DNA of 64,000 bases from Nitrosovibrio sp. Nv4. GTDB lineage: Bacteria > Pseudomonadota > Gammaproteobacteria > Burkholderiales > SG8-39. A model generated the notes under the pieces. That model did not search any database, was not told the origin of the DNA, and saw only the letters and a list, made by a program, of their open reading frames with translations. The translations under genes were made by a program, and so were the position numbers. Within the stretch, counting starts at the first letter, position 1. The number at the start of each line of letters is the position of its first letter. Where the stretch lies: NCBI GenBank assembly GCA_945906765.1, contig CAMDRF010000002.1, positions 2,313 to 66,312 on the forward strand, given 5' to 3'. This document shows, piece by piece, positions 46,187 through 54,959 of the stretch.

Positions 46187-47353
46187 ATGCGCCAGCTGAA
46201 GATACCGGCGGTTTTCATGCGCGGCGGCACCAGCAATGCCGTCGTATTTAACGCAAGCGATCTGCCGCGCGACCGTGCCCGGTGGGACGAGATCTTTCTC
46301 GCCGCGATTGGCAGCCCGGATCCCTACGGGCGGCAGCTCGATGGTATGGGCGGCGGCGTATCATCGCTCTCCAAGGTTTGCGTCGTGGGGCCCCCGACGC
46401 GAGGGGACGCCGACATCGACTACACCTTCGCGCAGGTGCAGGTGCGGGAAGCCAGGGTGGACTACAGTGGGAACTGCGGCAACATGTCCTCCGCCATGGG
46501 CCCGTACGCGGTGGACGAGGGACTGGTGAAGGTGTCGGGCCCGGACGCGCTGGTGCGTGTCCATAACACCAACACGGCAAAAATCATCTGGTCGCGGTTT
46601 GCGCTCGATGGCGGCATGGCGGCAGTAGACGGCAACCTCGCCATCCCGGGCGTGGCCGGGACCGGCGCGCCGGTCAGGCTCGAGTTCCGCGAGCCGGGCG
46701 GCGCGACCACCGGAAATCTCCTGCCCACAGGCAACGTGGCGGATATCCTGGAGGTGCCGGGCTGCGGCAGGTACCGCGTTTCGATGGTGGATGCGGCCAA
46801 CGCATGCGTCTTCGTCCGCGCAACAGATCTCGGGATCAAGGGAACGGAGCTTCCGGACGAGATCGACGCCAATCCCGGTCTGCTGGGCAAGCTCGCCGCG
46901 ATCCGGATCGCCGCTTCGGTCGCGATGGGCATCGCCAGGACCGCGAAGGAAGCGCAGGAGCGCGCCATGGTGCCTTTCGTGGGATTCGTTTCGACGCCGC
47001 AGGACGCGAAGACGCTGACGGGCGAGACGCTCAAAGGGACGGAAGTGGATCTCACCGGCCGCATGATGTCGAACGGGCAACCGCACCGTGCGCTGCCGCT
47101 CACCGCTTCGCTGTGCATGGCTGTGGCGGCACGGCTCCCGGGCAGCGTGGTGTTCGATGCGATCATGCCCGGCGGCAACCCCGCGTCCGAAATCCGGATC
47201 GCCATGCCCTCCGGCGTACTGACGGTCGCCGCGGCAGTGAATAAACTTGATGGTCAGTGGTACGCCGAGCAGGGCGCTTTCTACCGCACCCAGCGGCGCA
47301 TGTTCGAGGGTAATGTGCTCGTGCGCCTCGCGCCTGGCCGCGGCATCAGCTAA
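46187..47353 (+). CDS. prpF: PrpF-family isomerase (methylaconitate/aconitate isomerase, 4-oxalomesaconate tautomerase-like)
   Basis: 388 aa. N-terminus IPAVFMRGGTSNAVVF and GNCGNMSSAMGPYA. The 3' end overlaps the convergent tcuA-like gene by 4 nt. Confidence 0.85.
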   Translation: MRQLKIPAVFMRGGTSNAVVFNASDLPRDRARWDEIFLAAIGSPDPYGRQLDGMGGGVSSLSKVCVVGPPTRGDADIDYTFAQVQVREARVDYSGNCGNMSSAMGPYAVDEGLVKVSGPDALVRVHNTNTAKIIWSRFALDGGMAAVDGNLAIPGVAGTGAPVRLEFREPGGATTGNLLPTGNVADILEVPGCGRYRVSMVDAANACVFVRATDLGIKGTELPDEIDANPGLLGKLAAIRIAASVAMGIARTAKEAQERAMVPFVGFVSTPQDAKTLTGETLKGTEVDLTGRMMSNGQPHRALPLTASLCMAVAARLPGSVVFDAIMPGGNPASEIRIAMPSGVLTVAAAVNKLDGQWYAEQGAFYRTQRRMFEGNVLVRLAPGRGIS

Positions 47354-48840
47354 CAGGCGCGGCGTCCGGCGCTGCTTCCCGCGATGCGCCCGAAAACGGC
47401 GCCTGACATCAGGCCCGCGCCGCCAAGGTAATTTTCGTAGAAGATGCCGCCCACGATTTCCCCGGCGGCATACAGTCCGGGTATGGTGCGGTCGCTGGTA
47501 TTCTGCACCTCGCAGTGCTCGTTGATACGCAGGCCGCCGAACGAGAACGTGATGCCGCAGGTGACGACAAAGCCCGTATAGGGCGGCTTGTCGAGGGGCA
47601 GTGCCCAGTTCGACTTCGGCGGCGTGATGCCCGAGGTCGATACGCCGTCGAGGATGGCCGGGTTGTACTTGCCCGGGTTGCAGGCGGCATTGAACTCGCG
47701 CACCGTGCGCGACAGTCCGTTCACATCGATCTCGAGCTTTGCCGCGAGTTCCTCGATGGTCGGCGCTTCTGCCTTGGTCACCTGGTGAATGCGGTATTCG
47801 TCGCGCACCATGCCGATCGTCTTGGCGTCGAAGATCTGAACCGCGGCGCGCTTCGGCTGCTTCATCACTTCCCGTCCGTACTTGGCGTAGGTGTGGTTGC
47901 GGTAGTCCGCGCCTTCATCGACGAAGCGCTCACCCTTCAGGTTGACGATGATGCCGATCGGATAGGAGTGCTTCTGGAAATTGTCCAGCACCACCCTGTC
48001 GCCGAAGGGCGGGGCGCTGATGTCCCACTGGACGGCATGGCAAGTGGACCATCCGCCGAAGGCCTGGGCATCGATGTCCAGCGCAGCGCGCAGGCCATCG
48101 CCGGTGTTGTAGCGCGTGCCCCTGACCAGGCACGATTCCCAACCCGCCCCGTAGTAGCGCACGCGCATTTCCGGGTTGGCCTCGAAGCCGCCGCAGGCGA
48201 GCACGACGTTCTTCGCATGGACATCGGCGTAACCGTCCGGGCCCATGACGTGGACGCCGGTGACAGCGCCTGACTTGTCCTGCAGCAGCCGGCGCATCGC
48301 CGTCGCATAGCGGATTTCGACGCCCAAGCGCTCGGTCTGCTTGATCAGCTGGTCGACCAGTCCCCAGCCGCCGCCGACGGCCTCGATATTGACCCCGCCG
48401 TAGAAGTGATGTTTGCCTTCGACCTTGAAGGACTGGCGTCCGAACATCGGCAGGAAGCGCACACGATTATGGCGCATCCAGCGCATGGTGTCGCGCGAGC
48501 GGCCCACCAGCAGCTCCGACAGCGTGTCGTCGGTCTGACCTTCGGTGACGCGGCGCAGGTCGTCCAGGTAGTCTTCTTTCTTCAGTACCGGCAGGACGAT
48601 CTGGTTCGCTTCGGCCTCCGACAGATCGTCCAGGATGTCACCGCGCAGGTCATCGAGCCCATCGTGGACGAAACGGAACCCGCCCGCGGTGAACAGCGAA
48701 TTTCCGCCGCGCTCGTCGATGGGTGCTTTTTCGAGCACCAGCACTCTTGCAGCGCCCTGCTCCATCGCGGAAATGGCGGCGCACAGGGCGGCGTTGCCCG
48801 CGCCGACAACGATGACATCTAACTTCTGATCTGACGGCAT
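47350..48840 (-). CDS. FAD-dependent tricarballylate dehydrogenase TcuA-like flavoprotein
   Basis: 496 aa. VIVVGAGNAALCAA, and a C-terminal GLYAAGEIVGG. Overall colinear with my recollection of the TcuA family. Confidence 0.75.
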   Translation of the reverse strand: MPSDQKLDVIVVGAGNAALCAAISAMEQGAARVLVLEKAPIDERGGNSLFTAGGFRFVHDGLDDLRGDILDDLSEAEANQIVLPVLKKEDYLDDLRRVTEGQTDDTLSELLVGRSRDTMRWMRHNRVRFLPMFGRQSFKVEGKHHFYGGVNIEAVGGGWGLVDQLIKQTERLGVEIRYATAMRRLLQDKSGAVTGVHVMGPDGYADVHAKNVVLACGGFEANPEMRVRYYGAGWESCLVRGTRYNTGDGLRAALDIDAQAFGGWSTCHAVQWDISAPPFGDRVVLDNFQKHSYPIGIIVNLKGERFVDEGADYRNHTYAKYGREVMKQPKRAAVQIFDAKTIGMVRDEYRIHQVTKAEAPTIEELAAKLEIDVNGLSRTVREFNAACNPGKYNPAILDGVSTSGITPPKSNWALPLDKPPYTGFVVTCGITFSFGGLRINEHCEVQNTSDRTIPGLYAAGEIVGGIFYENYLGGAGLMSGAVFGRIAGSSAGRRAC

Positions 48841-49003
48841 CCAACGCTCCCGTTATGTCAGGCGTCTGCGCATTTGTTTCGAACTGATTTGATTACTCTA
48901 AGGCAAGAAAAGTGGTGAAACAAGCGCGCGTTCGCATCGCCGGCGATTGAGTCGGTCCCGCGGGCGCAGTACCATGGAAATCCTCAGGCATCGGAGATCG
49001 GAA

Positions 49004-50404
49004 ATGCAACTCGACAATCCTAATCCGGCCCGCGCGCTGGCAGCCGGTAACCTGCGCGAACTGATGCGCTGGGCCACCGAGGCCCGCGGCCGACCGCTGC
49101 CGGAAGCTGTGCGACGCCGTGCCGCGACGATCCTCTCGGATGACATTGGCGCCATCGTCGCCGGCTCGCTCGAACCGCAGGTGGCGCGCGCGCGCGAAGG
49201 ATTCGTGCGCACCGCGTCCGGAACCGCGGAGGCCACGGTGTTCGCAAAAGGCGCGCCTCGCCTCGATCGGTATTCGGCGGCCTGCGCGAACGGCATGGCG
49301 ATCACCTGGTGCGAACTCGATGAAGGGTTCCGGAATGCTTCCTGCCACGCGGGCGCCTACACGATCCCCGCGCTGCTCGCCGAGGCAGAGTCGCGCGGAC
49401 TGAGCGTGGACGAAGTGCTGCGCGCGCTCGCCGTTGCCTACGAGGTAACGACCCGCTTTGCGCTCGCCTTCCCGTTCCCCACGTTCAACGTCCATCCGCA
49501 CGCCGCGTTCGCGACGATCGGTGCCGCGGCCGCGGTATCGCTGGTGCGCGGGCATGACGCGAAGACGTTGCAGGATGCGGTGACTGGCGCCGCCACCATG
49601 ACCTTCGCGGGTCCTTTCGATACCGCGGTGGAAGGCTCGCTGGTGCGCAACGGCTGGACCGCGGCCGGCGCCTGGATCGGGTTGCGCGCCGCGGAGTGGG
49701 CGGAAGCGGGCATCGCCGGCGGCATCGATACGCCTTACGACGTCTTCGCCGGCATCTTCAGGACGCGCGCCATTCCGGAGGCACTGGTCGAAGGCCTCGG
49801 CACGGCGTGGTCGGTCGCCAACGGTTACCACAAGATTTACGCGTGCTGCAACTACGCTCATGCGGCGGTCGAAGCGACGCTGAATCTACGCGGCCGCCTG
49901 AAGCAGCGCAAGGCGGAGGACATAGAGGAAATCCTGGTGGAGGCCGGCCCGGGCGGCCTCGCGCTCACGACGGTCGAACCCGAGACTGTGCTCGCCGCCA
50001 AGTTCTCGATTCCGCACGCGGTCGCCGCAACCACGCACCTGGGTACGGCGGGCGCGGCGGCGTTCACGTTCGACACGCTGCGCGATGAAAGCATCGCTCG
50101 ATTGCGCCGGCGCGTCCGCCTCGCACCCTACGCCGACGTCGGACCTGCGCCGCGAGACCGCCCCGCGCGCGTAGTGTGGAAGTTTCGGGACGGCGAAGAG
50201 ATGTCCGCCGTCGTCGAAAATCCGCGCGGCGGCGCCGACCAACCCTTCGACGAACCCACCTTGCTCTCGAAACTTGCCGATAACGCGGGCGGCGTTTTCC
50301 CCTCAGCTCCAAAAACGCTATCGGCCATCATTCGAGGAGAGGGTGCAGTGCTATCGCGATCATGGCGCGACGTTGTTGCGAGCGTGGTAGAGGGAAAAAC
50401 CTGA
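49004..50404 (+). CDS. MmgE/PrpD-family protein (2-methylcitrate dehydratase superfamily)
   Basis: ATG 49004 (GGAG 7 nt upstream; longer alternatives at 48947 and 48974), about 466 aa. The two-domain PrpD pattern is seen (..SDDIGAIVAG.., ..YHKIYACCNYAHAAV..). Confidence 0.8.
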   Translation: MQLDNPNPARALAAGNLRELMRWATEARGRPLPEAVRRRAATILSDDIGAIVAGSLEPQVARAREGFVRTASGTAEATVFAKGAPRLDRYSAACANGMAITWCELDEGFRNASCHAGAYTIPALLAEAESRGLSVDEVLRALAVAYEVTTRFALAFPFPTFNVHPHAAFATIGAAAAVSLVRGHDAKTLQDAVTGAATMTFAGPFDTAVEGSLVRNGWTAAGAWIGLRAAEWAEAGIAGGIDTPYDVFAGIFRTRAIPEALVEGLGTAWSVANGYHKIYACCNYAHAAVEATLNLRGRLKQRKAEDIEEILVEAGPGGLALTTVEPETVLAAKFSIPHAVAATTHLGTAGAAAFTFDTLRDESIARLRRRVRLAPYADVGPAPRDRPARVVWKFRDGEEMSAVVENPRGGADQPFDEPTLLSKLADNAGGVFPSAPKTLSAIIRGEGAVLSRSWRDVVASVVEGKT

Positions 50405-50517
50405 AACTCGCGCGAGAACTTGTTCTTGCGCTGCGGCAGGTCGGGTCATCGTGAAATTGTGGTGCGAAGCCGCGCGCAGTCTCACATTTGATTGAACAGG
50501 ATAAGATCCCTGCAGCC

Positions 50518-50940
50518 ATGATCCATATCCGGGGAATCGACCATGTCGTCCTGCGCGTCAAGGACATCGAGGTGATGCGCCGGTTCTACTGCGACGTCCT
50601 TGGTGCCGAGCACGTGGCCTACCGCCCGAAATTCGGCATGAGCCACCTGCGCGTTGGCGCCTCGATGATCGATCTGGTCGAGGTCGATGGCCCGGTCGGC
50701 ATGCGCGGCGCCGCCGCCGGCAGGGAAGGCCGGAACATGGATCACCTGTGCCTGCGCATCGAGCCATTCGACCAGGAGGCGATCGCAGAACACCTCAGGC
50801 GCCACGGCGTCCCGGTCGGCGACATCAAGCCGCGGTTCGGCGCAGAGGGCAACAGCGTCTCGATACACCTCACCGATCCGGAAGGCAATGGCGTCGAGCT
50901 CAAGGGGCCTTCCGACGGCAGCGCCAAGCCGCCTAGCTGA
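50518..50940 (+). CDS. VOC/glyoxalase-family protein
   Basis: MIHIRGIDHVVLRVKD...DHLCLRI...SIHLTDPEGNGVEL. The start is either 50518 or TTG 50488. Confidence 0.75.
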   Translation: MIHIRGIDHVVLRVKDIEVMRRFYCDVLGAEHVAYRPKFGMSHLRVGASMIDLVEVDGPVGMRGAAAGREGRNMDHLCLRIEPFDQEAIAEHLRRHGVPVGDIKPRFGAEGNSVSIHLTDPEGNGVELKGPSDGSAKPPS

Positions 50941-50980
50941 AAAAGATGCGCGAGATAGAGATAGAGCAAAGAAAGAACCG

Positions 50981-51453
50981 CCCTAGCAGCCTGTCGGACT
51001 TACCCGACCGAAATAATCTGAGTGACCGAAACGATACGTTGATGGGCTTGTCATAAGTGTGTCCTAACTGACGCGGCGCGAAGAGCGCCTGGCGGCGATC
51101 CGGCAGGCCAAGGCGCAGATCGAGGCGCGCGCCGCCGAGCGCGATGCGCAGGAGAAAGCCGACTTTGATGCGAAGATAAAAGCGCGCGAGGACAACACAA
51201 CGCGCACTGGAAAGAAGCCTGGGGGCAAGCCGCCGGCGCCGCCCAGCCCCGGTGCGAGGGGAGTGGACGCTGGTCACGATGGCATGGAACATCAAAAGGA
51301 TGGCGGTCATAGCGGGATAAACGAGCAGGTACGGGTGCGCACACATTCCATTCAGACCGCATAGCACCCAATTTTCCCCGTTTCTTTGTCCCGCTCGCTT
51401 TCCATGGCCGCTATGGCTCGCAAAATCAACTCAAGTCCGACAGGCTGCTAGGG
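50981..51453 (+). mobile_element. internally deleted IS1182-family element (MITE-like, 473 bp) with perfect 21-bp terminal inverted repeats
   Basis: Left IR CCCTAGCAGCCTGTCGGACTT (50981-51001) is the reverse complement of the right IR (51433-51453). Inside are out-of-frame remnants: ..REERLAAIRQAKAQIEARAAERDAQEKADFDAKIKARED..GKKPGGKPPAPPSPG and ..EWTLVTMAWNIKRMAVIAG*. These are the middle and C-terminal signatures of IS1182-type transposases as I recall them. No DDE core is present. Confidence 0.65.
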
Positions 51454-51515
51454 TCATAATATTTCCGCGGACGACCCGCCGGGTTGTCCCCACCATTGCT
51501 CAAGGAGGGCAGATC

Positions 51516-51737
51516 ATGGCCCAAAAGGAACGCAACGCTGTGTACCGGGTCACGGACGTCATCGGCACGAGTTCGGTCTCCTGGGAAGACGCCGCGCGCA
51601 GCGCGGTCAAGACGGCCGCCAAGTCGCTGCGCGACCTGCGCATCGCTGAAGTGACCAAGCTCGACGTCAAGGTCGAGGATGGCAAGGTGACGCAGTTCCG
51701 CACGCGCCTGTCGCTGTCTTTCAAATACGGCACATGA
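51516..51737 (+). CDS. dodecin-family flavin-binding protein
   Basis: 73 aa with SD AAGGAGG. VYRVTDVIGTSSVSWEDAARSAVKTAAKSLRDLRIAEV is the dodecin pattern. Confidence 0.85.
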   Translation: MAQKERNAVYRVTDVIGTSSVSWEDAARSAVKTAAKSLRDLRIAEVTKLDVKVEDGKVTQFRTRLSLSFKYGT

Positions 51738-51763
51738 GCCGTATCCGGCACGTCGGGACCTGA

Positions 51764-52075
51764 TTGTCGTTCACGGCAGTCGTTCGCGTCACCGGCAGCG
51801 CCGGGCGCTTCGAGGAATTCCGCGAGCGCGTCCGCTGGCTGCTGGTGCGCGACCCCGATGCCGAGCCGTACACCGAGCACCATGCGGGCAACCGGCTCGA
51901 GTATCGCTTCGAGCTGGCGAAGGGCCTGCCGTTCCCGACGTTCGTCGCCGCCAGCGCGGAATTTCCGGAGCTGCGCGTCGAGGCCGAGTGGAACAAGGAC
52001 GGCGCCAAAGGCGGCGCCGTGATTGAAAGCGGCCGGCTGGTCGACAAATGGAACGGCGAGAAAAGTGCGGCATGA
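51764..52075 (+). CDS. hypothetical protein
   Basis: 103-aa ORF (TTG start) with backbone-like codon usage. No recognisable family. Confidence 0.4.
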   Translation: MSFTAVVRVTGSAGRFEEFRERVRWLLVRDPDAEPYTEHHAGNRLEYRFELAKGLPFPTFVAASAEFPELRVEAEWNKDGAKGGAVIESGRLVDKWNGEKSAA

Positions 52076-52943
52076 GGAGCCTGGTCTGAGTCTGGTTTCG
52101 CGCCGGCGCGTCGTGCAGTGCGCCTCGCCCGGGGGGTTGCACCGCATTTCCTATCAGGAGTGGGGCGATGCGCGCAACGAGCGGGTACTCGTCTGCGTTC
52201 ACGGCCTGACGCGCTGCGCGCGGGATTTCGATGCGCTCGCATCGGCATTGAGCGTGCACTACCGGGTCGTCTGCCCGGATGTTGCCGGGCGCGGGGATTC
52301 GGAATGGCTTTCCGATCCGATGCTCTACCAGCTGCCGCAGTACCTCGCCGACATGGTGACGCTGGTCGCACGCCTGGACGTCGAGAAAGTAGACTGGATC
52401 GGCACTTCGATGGGCGGTGTCATCGGCATGGCGCTGGCGGCGCAGCCGGATACGCCGGTGCGCAAGTTCGTCATCAACGATGCGGGACCGGTGATCAGCA
52501 AGGTTTCGCTGGATCGCATTGCGACCTACGTCGGCATGGCGCCGGCGTTTCCGGACATCGCCACCGCCGAAAAATACATCCGCGCGGTGAGTGCGACCTT
52601 CGGTCCGCATACGGACGCCGAGTGGCGCTTCCTCACCGAGGTGGTGTTGCGCGCGAATCCCGGCGGCGGCCTGCGGCTGCACTACGACCCAAAGCTCGCC
52701 GAGCCGTTCCGCGCCAGCATGCCGGAGAAGGACCTCGAACTCTGGCCGCTGTGGGACGCGATCCGCTGCCCGACCCTGGTGCTGCGCGGCGCGCAATCGG
52801 ACCTGTTGACGCAGGAAACCTGTGCGCAGATGACCCGGCGCGGGCCGAAAGCGAAAGTGGTGGAGATCCCCGGCGTCGGCCATGCGCCGACGCTGATGCA
52901 TGACGATCAGATCACGATCGTGCGCGATTTCCTGCTGCAGTAA
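52065..52943 (+). CDS. alpha/beta-fold hydrolase
   Basis: Start probably GTG 52065 (the ORF opens at 52023). VLVCVHGLTR oxyanion region and GTSMGG nucleophile elbow, with GVGHAP near the C-terminus. Confidence 0.8.
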   Translation: MRHEEPGLSLVSRRRVVQCASPGGLHRISYQEWGDARNERVLVCVHGLTRCARDFDALASALSVHYRVVCPDVAGRGDSEWLSDPMLYQLPQYLADMVTLVARLDVEKVDWIGTSMGGVIGMALAAQPDTPVRKFVINDAGPVISKVSLDRIATYVGMAPAFPDIATAEKYIRAVSATFGPHTDAEWRFLTEVVLRANPGGGLRLHYDPKLAEPFRASMPEKDLELWPLWDAIRCPTLVLRGAQSDLLTQETCAQMTRRGPKAKVVEIPGVGHAPTLMHDDQITIVRDFLLQ

Positions 52944-54285
52944 TCCAGAATTTTTCCAGATTGGAGATCAGCGCCGGGCTGAAGTGGCAATGCGCCTGCT
53001 CGCGCGCGTATACCGCCATGTAGCGCCGGAAAGCGTCCAGGGGCTCCTCGCTGATGCGCAATGCGCGCCGATTGCCGGCGGCGCTGACCATCCCGGAACC
53101 GGTGACGTGCCCGACGAGGCGGTCGATCTCGAAATCCATCGCGTCCGGGGCCACGATGTAGTCGCAGATCAGGCGGCCCTCGGGGCTGGCGCAGTCGATG
53201 CGCCGCTCGGCGAGGATCGCCTGGCGCGCGATGCGGTCGCCGAGATGCCGTGGCAGGCGCAGGTTGGCGGCGCCCGGGATGATGCCTTCCTTCCTCGCGG
53301 GCAGCGTCATGTAGGCATCCTTTGCCGCGATCACCTGATCAATCGTTAACAGGAGTTGGCAATGGCCGCCGATGGCGAAACCCTCGACCGCGGCGATCCA
53401 GAGCTTCTCGATGGAGTCTTCCTCGGGCGATGCATCCGGCAGCGCGAGGCCGCGGTAGAGCTTGTTGACGAGGCCCAGGTCGCGGAGCAAATACCAGAGG
53501 AAGCGGATTTTCCCCCGATAGAGGTGGGTCAGGTTGATGCCGGCGCCGAACAGCCGCTTGCCCGCGTGCTTCGCGTGCGTGACCGTGTCGCCGCGCAGCA
53601 CGCAGACCTCGGTCTGCGGATCGAGCAGCGCCAGGTCGATGGCGGTTTCCAATCCCGCCAGCGTGCCTTCGTCCTCGGCGTTCAGGTGCCTGGGGTTGCT
53701 CATCGTAAGCACCGAGGCCTTGCCGTGGCGCTCGAGGCGCGCCCCGTTGAATCTGATTTTCCCGGTCTTGGAAAAATCCGCAAGGAGCTCCTGCGACTCC
53801 GCTTTCGGCAGCAACATGGCGTGGCACAGATGCGCGCCTGCCAGGGGATCGCCCAGTACCTGGGACAGGAAAATACCCTGATCGACCTCCAGGCCGTCTT
53901 TCTCGCCCTGCGCGATCCCTGAATCGTGTTCCAGGGCCTTCGCGTCCGGCACCAGCCCGGGATACTCCTTCGCGGCGCGCACGCACAGCTCGTCCACGCG
54001 CAGGAACACGCTTCGCTTCGCGCTAAGAGCATCGTAGACGCCGCGCGCATGCGCGCGCATGAAGCGGGTGCGCGACTCGCGCGCCAGGCCGAGGACCTCG
54101 GCCGCTGCCGCTGCTTCTCCCGCATTCCGCTTCGATTTCGCCGGCAGGCGCGCCAGCAGCTCGGCCGAGCGCTGCCAGAAATGGCCGAAGCCGGCCTTGT
54201 CGGAAGACAGTTCCGTGGTGCGCGCCGGCGCCGTGCGCGCCCAGCCCTTCACTGCCTGTTCCAATACGTTGTCGGTCATGTGCAA
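52912..54285 (-). CDS. crotonase-fold protein resembling DpgC-type cofactor-independent acyl-CoA dioxygenases
   Basis: 457 aa. An enoyl-CoA hydratase-like core (..VCVLRGD..FGAGINLTHL..AAVEGFAIGGHCQLLL..) with a long helical N-terminal extension, as I recall for DpgC. The subfamily assignment is from memory. Confidence 0.55.
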   Translation of the reverse strand: MHMTDNVLEQAVKGWARTAPARTTELSSDKAGFGHFWQRSAELLARLPAKSKRNAGEAAAAAEVLGLARESRTRFMRAHARGVYDALSAKRSVFLRVDELCVRAAKEYPGLVPDAKALEHDSGIAQGEKDGLEVDQGIFLSQVLGDPLAGAHLCHAMLLPKAESQELLADFSKTGKIRFNGARLERHGKASVLTMSNPRHLNAEDEGTLAGLETAIDLALLDPQTEVCVLRGDTVTHAKHAGKRLFGAGINLTHLYRGKIRFLWYLLRDLGLVNKLYRGLALPDASPEEDSIEKLWIAAVEGFAIGGHCQLLLTIDQVIAAKDAYMTLPARKEGIIPGAANLRLPRHLGDRIARQAILAERRIDCASPEGRLICDYIVAPDAMDFEIDRLVGHVTGSGMVSAAGNRRALRISEEPLDAFRRYMAVYAREQAHCHFSPALISNLEKFWITAAGNRARS

Positions 54286-54955
54286 TAGTATCGGCTGGAA
54301 AGACGGCGTGGGAGTGTACGTGGACGAGCGGCCGCAGTCGACGGGCGAGGAAATTGCGAACAGCGTGAGTCACGGCGTTGGCCTGCTTCTGGCCCTGGCT
54401 GGATTTGCGGTGCTCGTCGTTGTCACGCTGCAGCGCGGAGCTGTGCTGGAAATCGTGGCTGCGACGGTATTTGGAGCGACAATGGTCCTGCTGTATTCCA
54501 CGTCGATGCTGTTTCACGCTTTTCCGCAGAGCCGCACCAAGCGGGTGTTCCAGGTGCTCGATCACTCGGCGATCTACCTGCTGATCGCCGGGACCTACAC
54601 GCCGTTCACGCTGGGCGTGCTGCACGGCACCTGGGGCTGGATCCTGTTCGGGCTGGTCTGGAGCATGGCCGTGGTCGGCATCGTGCTCAAGGCCTTCGGC
54701 GGCATCCGGTACAACACGGTATCGACCCTGGTGTATATCGCGATGGGTTGGCTGGTCGTCATCGCGGCCGACGAGGTATGGACACTGGTGCCGAAGTGGG
54801 GAATTTTCTGGTTGTTCGCGGGTGGTATCGCATACACACTGGGCGCGGTGTTTTTCCTGGCGGAGCGAATCAGATACTTCCACTTCGTATGGCACCTGTT
54901 CGTCGTCGCGGGTACCGCTTGCCACTTTATCGCGGTGTTGTGGTACGCCGCCTGA
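54278..54955 (+). CDS. hemolysin III/PAQR-family membrane protein
   Basis: EEIANSVSHGVG.., HAFP.., DHSAIYLLIAGTYTP, ..FHFVWHLFV. ATG 54278 would overlap the divergent gene start, so GTG 54308, 54314 or 54320 are more likely true starts. Confidence 0.8.
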   Translation: MCNSIGWKDGVGVYVDERPQSTGEEIANSVSHGVGLLLALAGFAVLVVVTLQRGAVLEIVAATVFGATMVLLYSTSMLFHAFPQSRTKRVFQVLDHSAIYLLIAGTYTPFTLGVLHGTWGWILFGLVWSMAVVGIVLKAFGGIRYNTVSTLVYIAMGWLVVIAADEVWTLVPKWGIFWLFAGGIAYTLGAVFFLAERIRYFHFVWHLFVVAGTACHFIAVLWYAA

Positions 54956-54959
54956 AGCG

